64,000 bases of DNA from a virus (lineage: Duplodnaviria > Caudoviricetes), in the IMG/VR virus record IMGVR_UViG_2885633469_000002, positions 64,001 to 128,000 of that record, one strand, 5' to 3'. The notes under the pieces were generated by a model, which ran no database searches, was not told the DNA's origin, and saw nothing but the letters and a program-made list of their open reading frames with translations. Positions 51,267 to 60,533 of this stretch are shown piece by piece. Both the position numbers and the translations under genes were made by a program. Each line of letters starts with the position of its first letter. Within the stretch, counting starts at the first letter, position 1.

Positions 51267-52130
51267 TATAAAACTATATAAATAAAATAGGGTAGGGACT
51301 ATCCAAATTTACGCCTGTGGAGATAGTAGGTTACGAGGTCGTAGAAACAGGAAATCCTAAAGTAATGAGGGAAGCACGTGGCTTCAGCCATGTGAGGTTC
51401 ACTTTGGTATTGATATAATAGATTTAAAACAAGACGTTTCAAACGTGGTGTTTTCAAATCTAAAAAAAGCTAAAATTTATACACAATCACAAATAGGTAA
51501 TGCTAAAAATTTATATATTTTATCTGAACAAGGCTATTCTCTATTAATAAATTTAATGAAAGATACAAAATCTAAGATTATTTATAAAAAAGTAATTAGA
51601 GATTACTTCAGAATGAAAGAATTAATTCTAAATAAGGATGATACAGAACAATATATGCTTAGATTGTTAGGTAAAAAAGAAAGAAAGAAAACTACCGATA
51701 CAATAAAATATTTTATTGAAAAAGGTGATTTTCCTTGGCATAATCCAAAAGATGTAAAAAATAATGCTTATGCTAGAGAAACTAATTATGTATATAAATT
51801 ATTATTTGGAATGACAGCAAAAAAGATAGAAGATTTTTTAGGATTAAAATTAAAATCCTATGATACAGTTAGAAATTATTTATCAGTACAAGATATCGAT
51901 GATATAAGAGATATTGAAGGTAGAGTTGGATATATGCAACAAGATGGTAAAAGTTATCAAGAAATTCATAAAAGATTAAAAGAATTATATCCAATTCCTA
52001 GACGTCCTAAAATGGCAGATAAGAATATTTCAATTATAAGAAGATTGATGCTAGAACAATAGAGTTATTGGGTATAATTAAATTTATACCTAATAATATA
52101 AAACAATCTAATAATTAAGGAGGATATAAA

Positions 52131-52352
52131 ATGGAAATTTTATCACAAGAGTATAATAGTAAAAAAAATACTAAAAGTAATAAAACCCGTTTAAAAGTCA
52201 CTATTTTAGGAAAGACTTGGATCGTTAAAAAAGAAGCTTACAATAGATGGAATAGGTTTATTAAACTTAAAAATTTCCTTAATTCAATTTCAGATGCTGT
52301 GAGTGTAATTTTCATAATTGTAACTGGATATGTATTATTGCTTTTGTTATAA
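52131..52352 (+). CDS. Small protein with C-terminal TM segment
   Basis: AAGGAGG RBS; hydrophobic tail. Confidence 0.55.
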   Translation: MEILSQEYNSKKNTKSNKTRLKVTILGKTWIVKKEAYNRWNRFIKLKNFLNSISDAVSVIFIIVTGYVLLLLL

Positions 52353-52593
52353 AAAAAATTGTAGATTGGAGTTAAAAGATGCTATATTTAATATTGTTTT
52401 TAATATTATCAATTGGTATTTATTTAGGGACTTCTATTTGCTACTATCTTTGTGTTTATAATAGCATTATCCACAAAATTATAAATTATTGTCAACTGCC
52501 AACTACCCTAAATGGTAGTGGCTTTCTAGCTAGAACTTTGTAAAATAAAACAAGAAGTGCAAAGTTTACATAGTTTTCAGCAACGGTGTTTAA

Positions 52594-52788
52594 ATGAATA
52601 AAAAATTTAAGTTAAAACAATTTAATATCAAAACAAATCTCTATAACAGAAAAAATCCTGTAACTGTGGGCAAAGAAATAAAAATTATATTTCATGATGC
52701 TATAGTTTTTTCAGGGCAAATTACAGAAAAGAATATAGATAAGATACAGAAAATGATAGGTTATTCAGATAATTATATCATAAAATAA
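52594..52788 (+). CDS. Hypothetical protein
   Basis: 64 aa, weak RBS. Confidence 0.35.
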   Translation: MNKKFKLKQFNIKTNLYNRKNPVTVGKEIKIIFHDAIVFSGQITEKNIDKIQKMIGYSDNYIIK

Positions 52789-52920
52789 TTTATTAATATT
52801 AATCAATATAACAGCCACAGTTATAAAACTGTGGTGATGACATAAATTAATAATAAATCAAACCGTTGCGTTTAAAACGTGATGGTAAAATCAAAAATAA
52901 AGAAAGAGGGAATGTGTTTT

Positions 52921-53817
52921 ATGAGAAATGAAGAGATAATGGAAAGAAAAGATTTAAGAGAAAAATTAATAGAAAATGTGGAGGTATTAGATAAAGTTAA
53001 GAAGGTGATGTTATTGCCTTATGGAAAATGCATGACTATGCAGATGGTTGCTGATTATTTTGAAGTGGGTGAGAAAGCTATTAATTCTTTAATGCTTAGA
53101 AATAAAGATGAATTATTAGCTAATGGGTTAAAAATTTTAAAAGGTAAAGAATTAAAAGATTTTAAAGGTAAACTTCAGGATGAAGTTACCCTTGAAAAAT
53201 TAAAGTTCACCTCACAATTAGCTATATTTATTCGTAGAACTATATTAAATATAGCTATGTTGTTAACTGAAAGTGATGTAGCAAAAGAAATAAGAACAAG
53301 ACTATTAGATATATCAGAAAATGAACAAATAATTAAAAATATTACAAATGAAATAGATGAAGAAAAGCAATTAATGTTGAATATAATGATGGCTAAAGAT
53401 GATATGGAACAGGCTATGGCAGTAAATAAATTAAAACAATATAAGGATGAGAAAGAAAAGAAGATTAAAGAAGAAAGAGATAGAGCAGTTAAAAAAGTAA
53501 TTAATTTAACTGATTCAGATGCAACATTCGGATTAAGAGAAGCTAAAAATAATCTTGGTGTAAAAGAAAAGCAGTTCAAAAACTGGTTAATACATAATAA
53601 ATATATGTATAGGCAGATAAAAACAAGTGATAAGAAAAATAAGCCTACTGGTAGGTTAAAAGCATTTTCAAAATACACACAAGAAGATACTAGATATTTT
53701 ACGGATATAAAAATTGTAGATAGAATAGGTAGAGAATTCAGCCAAACAGTCTTCACAATAGAAGGAATAGAATTTTTTAGAACTAAAATAGATGAAATAA
53801 ATAAATTTAATAAATAA
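52921..53817 (+). CDS. Antirepressor-like protein with KilA-C/ANT-type C-terminus
   Basis: MVADYFEV...SDVAKEIRT; LREAK..LGVKEKQF..WL..NKY...TVFT.EGIEFF. Confidence 0.7.
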   Translation: MRNEEIMERKDLREKLIENVEVLDKVKKVMLLPYGKCMTMQMVADYFEVGEKAINSLMLRNKDELLANGLKILKGKELKDFKGKLQDEVTLEKLKFTSQLAIFIRRTILNIAMLLTESDVAKEIRTRLLDISENEQIIKNITNEIDEEKQLMLNIMMAKDDMEQAMAVNKLKQYKDEKEKKIKEERDRAVKKVINLTDSDATFGLREAKNNLGVKEKQFKNWLIHNKYMYRQIKTSDKKNKPTGRLKAFSKYTQEDTRYFTDIKIVDRIGREFSQTVFTIEGIEFFRTKIDEINKFNK

Positions 53818-54149
53818 AAGTTTTTACTTTATATACATAAAACAATTTAATATAAATACATATATTTGTGAAAAAACTGAAACTTATAATATTTTATGGT
53901 ATAATTGGAATATAATAATATTCATCAAATGAGGAGCTGATTTATATTGCAAAAAGTAATAGATATTATTACAAAAATGATTAAATCATCAAAAATAGTT
54001 GCTATAATAATTTTATTATTTACAAAACATGTGCGAAAAGCCCACTCCTTCAGGTGTGGGATGGATAGCACAAGATAATATAAAAAATAATTTAAATAAA
54101 AATGTATAAAGGTATTGACTACATACACAAATAATAATATAATAAAAAT

Positions 54150-54551
54150 ATGGAAAATAATTATAGAAAAACAAAAACAACAGTAAGTTTAATTAATTAT
54201 CATTTTGTATTTTGTCCTAGATATAGAAGAAAAATATTTAATATTCCTAATGTAGAAGAAAGATTTAAGCATATAGTCAAATATGTATGTAAGGAGTTGG
54301 ATATTGAAATAATAGCCATTGAGTGTGATAAAGACCATACGTATATGTTTTTAAATTGTTTACCTACATTAAGTCCTTCAGATATTATGCAAAAGATAAA
54401 AGGTGTGACAAGTAGAGTTTTAAGAGATGAATTTCAAGAATTATCAAAAATGCCTAGTTTGTGGACTAGAAGTTATTTTGTTTCAACTGCTGGAAATGTA
54501 TGTAGTGAAACAATAAAGAAATATGTAGAAAATCAAAAAAAGAGATATTAG
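54150..54551 (+). CDS. tnpA: Y1 transposase with HUH changed to H-T-Y
   Basis: DHTY versus DHTH in copy 1. Confidence 0.9.
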   Translation: MENNYRKTKTTVSLINYHFVFCPRYRRKIFNIPNVEERFKHIVKYVCKELDIEIIAIECDKDHTYMFLNCLPTLSPSDIMQKIKGVTSRVLRDEFQELSKMPSLWTRSYFVSTAGNVCSETIKKYVENQKKRY

Positions 54552-54569
54552 AAAGTGAGGTGAATATTC

Positions 54570-56087
54570 ATGAGTAAAACTCCTAAACAAAGATATGTTT
54601 TAAATTTAAAGTTAAAAACTCAATTATTTCAAGAAGATATATTAGATAAGCGTTTTGATATAGGAAGAAAAATATATAATGCTGTTTTAGGTCAAGCTTT
54701 AAAGAGATATAGAGAAATGATTAAAACTAAAAGATGGAGAGAAAATCAAAATAATATATTAAATGTATACAAAGTTCACAAAGATGGTAAAGAAAGAAAT
54801 AAACTTTACAAACCATATTTTAATATTAAAAACGATATGTTGAAAGAATTTAGATTAAATGAATATTCACTTCATACAGATGTTAAACCAATACAAAGAC
54901 ATTTTAAAAAGAATATAGATAGTTTCAGTGCCCAAAAGATAGCAAGTAGAGTTTGGATTTCCTTGAATGATAATTTATTTGGAAAAGGCGAAGAAGTACA
55001 TTTTAAAGGTATAAACAAACCATTGAATTCCTTGGAAGGTAAATCTAATGGTACTGGTATTAGATATAATATAGAAACTAATATGTTCTCATGGAATGGG
55101 TTAGAAATACCAGTTAAATTAGATATTAATAATAAATATGAAACAGATGCTTTAAGAGATAAAATTTGTTTTTGTAGAATTAAAAGAAAATTTGTTCGTG
55201 GAAAATACAAATACATTTTACAATTAATATTAGAAGGTATTCCACCTATTAAAATTAATAAGCAAGGTGAAGTTAAGAATGATATAGGTTTAGGCGTTTG
55301 TGGTATTGATATTGGCACTCAAACAGTTGCTTATATATCTGATTATGATTGTAAATTATTAGAATTAGTACCTAGAGTTCAAAATATAGAAAATGAAAAA
55401 AGAAAAATATTAAGATATATGGATAGAAGTAAAAGAGCAACTAATCCTAATAATTTTAATGAAAATGGTACTATCAAACGTGGTATTAAATTGGAGTGGA
55501 ATTATTCAAAGAGGTATATAAAAGCAAAGAATATCCTTAAAGATTTATATAGAAAACAAGCAGATGTAAGAGAACAAGACCATAATATAATGATTAATGA
55601 AATACTAAGAAATTGTGATACTGTTTATGTAGAAGATATGAACTATAAGGGATTACAAAAACGTAGCAAAATCACAGAAAAGAATGATAAGGGTAAATTT
55701 AAAAGGAAGAAAAGATTTGGTAAATCATTAGCAAATAAAGCACCAAGTATGTTTTTAACTATATTGAAAAATAAATTAAAAGCTAAAGGTGGATTGTATT
55801 ATGAGATAAATACTAGAGAAGTGAAAGCATCTCAATATAATCATTTAAATCAAGAATATAATAAAAAGAAATTAAGTCAAAGATGGAATTATTTTAAATA
55901 TAATGAAGAACAAATTAAAGTTCAAAGAGATTTATATTCTAGTTATTTAATTAAAAATGTAAATAATGATTTAAAAAGCATTAATAATGAATTATGTATA
56001 AAAGATTTTGATAGATTTTTAGAATTGCATAATAAAGAAATATTAAGACTACAAGGATTAAAGAATCTAAGTAGTATGGGTATATAA
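54570..56087 (+). CDS. tnpB: Long TnpB (505 aa)
   Basis: Near-identical to 41314-42831; RuvC acidic residues intact. Confidence 0.9.
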   Translation: MSKTPKQRYVLNLKLKTQLFQEDILDKRFDIGRKIYNAVLGQALKRYREMIKTKRWRENQNNILNVYKVHKDGKERNKLYKPYFNIKNDMLKEFRLNEYSLHTDVKPIQRHFKKNIDSFSAQKIASRVWISLNDNLFGKGEEVHFKGINKPLNSLEGKSNGTGIRYNIETNMFSWNGLEIPVKLDINNKYETDALRDKICFCRIKRKFVRGKYKYILQLILEGIPPIKINKQGEVKNDIGLGVCGIDIGTQTVAYISDYDCKLLELVPRVQNIENEKRKILRYMDRSKRATNPNNFNENGTIKRGIKLEWNYSKRYIKAKNILKDLYRKQADVREQDHNIMINEILRNCDTVYVEDMNYKGLQKRSKITEKNDKGKFKRKKRFGKSLANKAPSMFLTILKNKLKAKGGLYYEINTREVKASQYNHLNQEYNKKKLSQRWNYFKYNEEQIKVQRDLYSSYLIKNVNNDLKSINNELCIKDFDRFLELHNKEILRLQGLKNLSSMGI

Positions 56088-56472
56088 GTTATTAAAACGC
56101 CTTGAAATGGGCGTTATACTATTGTTAATAAATTGGTAGCAATTTTTGATAGTGAAAGTTTTAGGGAAAATAATTAGTGATATTATACTTTCGAGATAAT
56201 ATAGAAATTATTTAGTACCTAAGAACCCCATGCCTTTAGGCTTGGGAGTTTCAGAGGAACCAGAATTAAGTTCATTGACAAATAAAAATATTGATACAGT
56301 ATCGTACTTTTAAGAGCGATAATTTAGGTTGTCGCTCTATTTATTAAAATTTGTATTAAAAAGATAGTTTTATAAAAATATTCCATTTATCTATTGACAT
56401 ATATAAAATAATTTCATAAACGAAAAATATGGAGAAAATGTGCTAAAGGTAATTGAATATTTTATTTAATGC

Positions 56473-56501
56473 TTGACAATCATAAAACAATTTGATAAAA
56501 T
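56473..56501 (+). promoter_or_regulatory. SigmaA promoter with operator in its spacer
   Basis: TTGACA-17-TAAAAT; spacer ends TAAAACAATTTGA. Confidence 0.75.
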
Positions 56502-56533
56502 TAAATTGTAATCAAGAGGATATATAAAAGGAG

Positions 56534-56728
56534 ATGTTAAAAATGACTTATGCGTATATAGTAATATACAATAATTCGGTAAGTACAACAGGATTTTTCA
56601 CAGTAGATAAAGCTATAAATTTCATAGAAGGCAGATATGGCAATCCAATACAAAATAAAGACAGAGGTTGGCTATGGACTAATTCAAAAGGCAATGAATA
56701 CAGGATTAAGGAAATTAAAATAGAATAA
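56534..56728 (+). CDS. Hypothetical protein
   Basis: Small ORF behind promoter and RBS. Confidence 0.55.
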   Translation: MLKMTYAYIVIYNNSVSTTGFFTVDKAINFIEGRYGNPIQNKDRGWLWTNSKGNEYRIKEIKIE

Positions 56729-56772
56729 AGGGTACTAGCTTAGGCTAGTATTCCTTTATAGGAGGTTTAATA

Positions 56773-57162
56773 ATGGAAAATAAATGTTTTAATTGTAGAT
56801 TTTATAATAACGGAAAATGTTATAATAAAGATTTTAGAGGAAGTTTCAATCAAAATGTTATAGAAGATAACTTTGTAGCATTAACCGAATCAGGTGTTCT
56901 TGCAGAACATATAAGAGAAAATGATGATAAGATATATAATTTAGCAAATATAATATTAGAAAACTTAAATGAATTAGAATACATAAAAAAATCTAAAAAG
57001 AAAATTAATAACTATAGAGGTATAGATAGTTATGAAGAATTTTTAATTAATTCTACAGAGATTATGGATGATTTAATAAGTAGTTTTGTAATACCTAAAT
57101 TAATAAATGTAAAAATAAATTATAATGTTGATAATGAATTCTGTTGTAAATTTTGGAAATAG
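56773..57162 (+). CDS. Hypothetical protein with terminal Cys motifs
   Basis: CFNCRFY..GKC and FCCKFWK; AGGAGG RBS. Confidence 0.6.
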   Translation: MENKCFNCRFYNNGKCYNKDFRGSFNQNVIEDNFVALTESGVLAEHIRENDDKIYNLANIILENLNELEYIKKSKKKINNYRGIDSYEEFLINSTEIMDDLISSFVIPKLINVKINYNVDNEFCCKFWK

Positions 57163-57677
57163 AAATTATAATTAAAATGAAAGGAAGATGTAAAATGGAA
57201 AATATTCAACAAATAAATAAAGGTGAAATTAAGTTTATCTATATTGACGTAGATGATATAACAGACGAAATAGAACAATTAATTAATAAAGGTTTGATAA
57301 AATATGTTTATGGAGAAGAAGCTTGTGAGCCTGAATTTATATTTCTAGCTAAAAATGAAGATGTTATAAAAAATACTTTAACATCAGATTATAGAATTTT
57401 AAATATTGTTGATAAATTATCTGAAATGTTTGATGGTGCAGATATGTCAGTAAGAAATTCAGGGAGAAATGAATTATCTATTTATCATGGAACAGTAGAA
57501 AGCTTAATAAGTGATGATTTGTACGGATATATTTCAGAGGATAAACAAAAGGAAATATTCTATGCTAAGAATCCATCAGAAAAGATTACAGAAATTTTTA
57601 ATAAAATAGGAAGAGAACAATTAAAAATGCAAATAAAAGAATTATTAAAAGAAGTAGATAATGCAGAGTTTATATGA
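57153..57677 (+). CDS. Hypothetical acidic protein
   Basis: Likely ATG start at 57195. Confidence 0.55.
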   Translation: MEIEIIIKMKGRCKMENIQQINKGEIKFIYIDVDDITDEIEQLINKGLIKYVYGEEACEPEFIFLAKNEDVIKNTLTSDYRILNIVDKLSEMFDGADMSVRNSGRNELSIYHGTVESLISDDLYGYISEDKQKEIFYAKNPSEKITEIFNKIGREQLKMQIKELLKEVDNAEFI

Positions 57678-57815
57678 CTGTAGAATAAGTATAACAGCCA
57701 TAAAATCATAAGTGTGGTTGTTATACTATATATTTTAATAAATGAGGGTTTTTATTATAACTTAAAATAATTTAATGCATAATAAACACTTTAAAATAAA
57801 TGGGGGATTGATAAA

Positions 57816-58613
57816 ATGATAAGTGATGAAAGTTTAATGGTATTAGTGGAAAGTTTGGTCGCAGACGGGGATTCTGATAAGGAAACTATAAATATTTATT
57901 TAATAGATAAAACAAAAACTATTAGTGATTTTGCGAAAGAATTAAATGAAGAATTTAAAGATTCATTGTTTAATATATTATATATTGGTAATAAAAACAC
58001 TGAATTTATAAATAAATTTAGTAAAGAATATATAGATAGTAGATTCAAATATTTGATAGATTTTTATAAAAACAATAAATACATATATAAACAATATAGT
58101 GAATGCAAAGTATTAGAGAAATACGATGAGCAAGGGAATTTTTATAATTTTTTTAAGAAAATTGATAAAATATATAAGATTAAAAATAAATTCACTATAG
58201 ATGAAATGATAAAAAACAAAGAGTGTTTTTTTAAAACATGCTATATAGACTATAAAATTTGTAATGGAAATCATAGTTATTGGAATGATAGTGAAAGTGA
58301 ATATGCAAATATTAATAGTTTTGAAGGTTTTTCTATGAATTTAGTTGGTCGTATTTTTGAATCTAAATTCGAAGAGAATAAAGAAAATTACAAAGACTAT
58401 TGTAAAAAAGAGATTGAGAGTATATTAGAGGCATATTTACAAAAGAACATATATAATAAAGATACTTTTATAGAATTTAATAGATGGGGAAATATAAAAA
58501 TAGAATTAGGATTTTCTTGTAATAATGATGAAGATAGTATTATTTCATTATTAGAAAGAAGTATTATTGAAAACAATATTGAGAATGATTTTGAGAGTTT
58601 ATTAGATTATTAA
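57816..58613 (+). CDS. Hypothetical protein
   Basis: 265 aa with RBS and terminator. Confidence 0.6.
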   Translation: MISDESLMVLVESLVADGDSDKETINIYLIDKTKTISDFAKELNEEFKDSLFNILYIGNKNTEFINKFSKEYIDSRFKYLIDFYKNNKYIYKQYSECKVLEKYDEQGNFYNFFKKIDKIYKIKNKFTIDEMIKNKECFFKTCYIDYKICNGNHSYWNDSESEYANINSFEGFSMNLVGRIFESKFEENKENYKDYCKKEIESILEAYLQKNIYNKDTFIEFNRWGNIKIELGFSCNNDEDSIISLLERSIIENNIENDFESLLDY

Positions 58614-58909
58614 TTTCAATTAGTTAAATTGCCTATAGAATACTTAGTTAATTACACTATATTTCTATAGGCAATTTGTATAAATTCCTTCTTTTATCTT
58701 ATTTTGACCACAATATATATACATTTTAAAACACCAAACCACAACATATAGTATAATTTAAGATTAATATAAAATAATTTAAAATTAATTATAAAAAGTA
58801 TTGACATTATACTTATAGTATAATATACTATAGTTAATAAACAAATTAAAAATAATTTTAAAAAATAAATGGGGTTGAAAATAAATAAAATGGAAAGGAA
58901 GAATAATAA

Positions 58910-59509
58910 ATGATAAAAAGAGGATATGTTATAGAAGTAAATTTTGGAGAAAGGTTAACAGGCGTACAAGGAGGAATAAGACCTTGTATTGTTGTTGCAA
59001 ACAACTTGTGTAACAAATATAGTCCAGCCATACATGTTGTTCCACTTACATCCAAGTTGAACAAAAAAAGAATGATAACTCATATCTTTATAAAGAAAGA
59101 TATGTTTAATAATTTAAAATATGATTCTCTTATTTTAACAGAACAGGTTACTCTAATTAGTACAAAGCAAATAATTGGCTACATAGGAAGAGCTTCAGGA
59201 GAAATTATGGAACAAGTAGATTCCAAACTTATAATACAGTTAGCTTTAGATAGTAACTCCAGACCATCAAATATATTAAATATTAACAAACCAGATGTAA
59301 AAAGAATAAAAAGAATGGCTGAAGCTATAAAAGAATTGGAATCTTATATTATAAGTCAAAAATACCAAAAAATAGATTTATTAAATTCTTTAAATTTACA
59401 GATAAATAATTTTAAAGATTATTGTACAGAGTATAATATAGATTATTCAAAGTATTATATTTCAAAAATAAAAGAAATTAACAATTACTTGAATAAAACA
59501 GCAGCTTAA
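58910..59509 (+). CDS. PemK/MazF-family protein with C-terminal extension
   Basis: IKRG.V..V.FG...QGGIRPCIVV.N...NKYSP...VVPLTS...H...DS.IL.EQV. Confidence 0.85.
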   Translation: MIKRGYVIEVNFGERLTGVQGGIRPCIVVANNLCNKYSPAIHVVPLTSKLNKKRMITHIFIKKDMFNNLKYDSLILTEQVTLISTKQIIGYIGRASGEIMEQVDSKLIIQLALDSNSRPSNILNINKPDVKRIKRMAEAIKELESYIISQKYQKIDLLNSLNLQINNFKDYCTEYNIDYSKYYISKIKEINNYLNKTAA

Positions 59510-59527
59510 ATAACTAAAGAGGGGGAT

Positions 59528-60052
59528 ATGTCTTTTATGGATTACACGTTTTTAAAAATTAATATACGGAACTTATATAATAAGTGTAATTATGCAAAGT
59601 GTAATTTAATTCTAAAAAACCTACTAGTATGTATATTACAAGATATGCTATTAGATGGGTATGAACGAAATAGTTTAATTTGGTTTTATTATTTTTATAA
59701 ATCAAACATAGAAAAAAGAAATGGCAATTATAAAGACTCATTATTATTATGTAATAAGAGTCTTGAGTTTGTAGAGGAAGATGAAAAAGATTGTTATAAT
59801 TATAAATACCTATCTTCGTTATTTTTATTGGGTAAAATCCATGAAGATAAGGGTTCTATTTCTAAATCAATTAAACAATACGAAAAAATTTTAAGTATAT
59901 TAAACAACAAAAAACATAAAGAAAAAATGTTACTATTATATTTGATTAATAAATTAAGTAACAATTCAAGATTTAAAGAAATAGAAGCCAATTACAATAA
60001 AATATTTAAAAATAGCATACAGGAAAGTTTGAATTTTTATTGCTATTTTTAA
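59528..60052 (+). CDS. TPR-like helical protein
   Basis: GNYKDSL..CNKSLE and LGKIHEDKG.ISKSIKQYEKIL repeats. Confidence 0.6.
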   Translation: MSFMDYTFLKINIRNLYNKCNYAKCNLILKNLLVCILQDMLLDGYERNSLIWFYYFYKSNIEKRNGNYKDSLLLCNKSLEFVEEDEKDCYNYKYLSSLFLLGKIHEDKGSISKSIKQYEKILSILNNKKHKEKMLLLYLINKLSNNSRFKEIEANYNKIFKNSIQESLNFYCYF

Positions 60053-60098
60053 ATATTAGTTGTAAAATAAATTTATACTAAACAAGGAGTTGTTTTAA

Positions 60099-60395
60099 AT
60101 GAAAGATAAAAAATTAGAAACAGAAGAAAGAAAAAGGGTATCTCTGTTTCAACTCGAAGAGTATGCTAAAAATTATAATTTAACAATACAGAAAATTAAC
60201 GACACTATAATAGTTATATCTTTATTCGATGAATGGTTTATAGAACCTTTTAAAAATAATTTGTTTGTATTACATCATTATAATAAAAAAAATACTAATT
60301 CAAAAGGTAAGTTTCACAAACAAGGTATTTTCTATTCTTATTTTTCTGCAATAAGACATATTGCAGAGCATGATAAAAATAAGCTTATTATCTAA
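60099..60395 (+). CDS. Hypothetical protein
   Basis: 98 aa, GGAGTTG RBS. Confidence 0.6.
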   Translation: MKDKKLETEERKRVSLFQLEEYAKNYNLTIQKINDTIIVISLFDEWFIEPFKNNLFVLHHYNKKNTNSKGKFHKQGIFYSYFSAIRHIAEHDKNKLII

Positions 60396-60533
60396 AATTT
60401 TAAATAATAAGTTATTAAATTCTATATTTTTCTATAATTTGCTAACTTTAAGGGATATATAACAATGTTTTCATTGCAAATTGTTGTATATAAATGATAT
60501 AATGTATTATATACTTTTAAGGGAGGATTTTAA

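Larger units (their letters stand above)
49569..51402 (+). mobile_element. IS200/IS605 element (TTGAA target) with tnpA, tnpB and omegaRNA
   Basis: TTGAA then left-end hairpin CTCGTGACTTCAGTCATGAG; right-end GAAG guide, hairpin and terminal TTCAC. Confidence 0.92.
49311..52062 (+). pseudogene. ORF6N-type antirepressor split by IS (49311-49568 + 51403-52062)
   Basis: Excision restores ...INELINNN..KYFEFGIDIIDLK...IGNAKNLYILSEQGY in frame. Confidence 0.8.
54024..56254 (+). mobile_element. IS200/IS605 element, copy 2 (TTAC target)
   Basis: Same ends and genes as 40769-42999. Confidence 0.9.
53947..56285 (+). pseudogene. 35-aa hydrophobic peptide gene split by IS copy 2 (53947-54023 + 56255-56285)
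   Basis: GAGGAG RBS, TTG start; rejoined MQKVIDIITKMIKSSKIVAIIILLFTGTRIKFIDK*. Confidence 0.45.

Noticed and set aside
24904-52870. GCAACG/CGTTGC complementarity among antirepressor leaders (24904, 52580, 52862)
   Set aside because: Only 6-8 nt, compatible with chance
40769-56254. IS elements as IStrons (group I intron-IS fusions)
   Set aside because: Only about 125-135 bp separate the left end from tnpA, too short for a group I core
53947-56310. AgrD/arbitrium-like peptide reading ...EEPEL... after IS removal
   Set aside because: That frame needs the wrong junction; the TTAC/TCAG ends give LFTGTRIKFIDK, with no receptor or AgrB nearby
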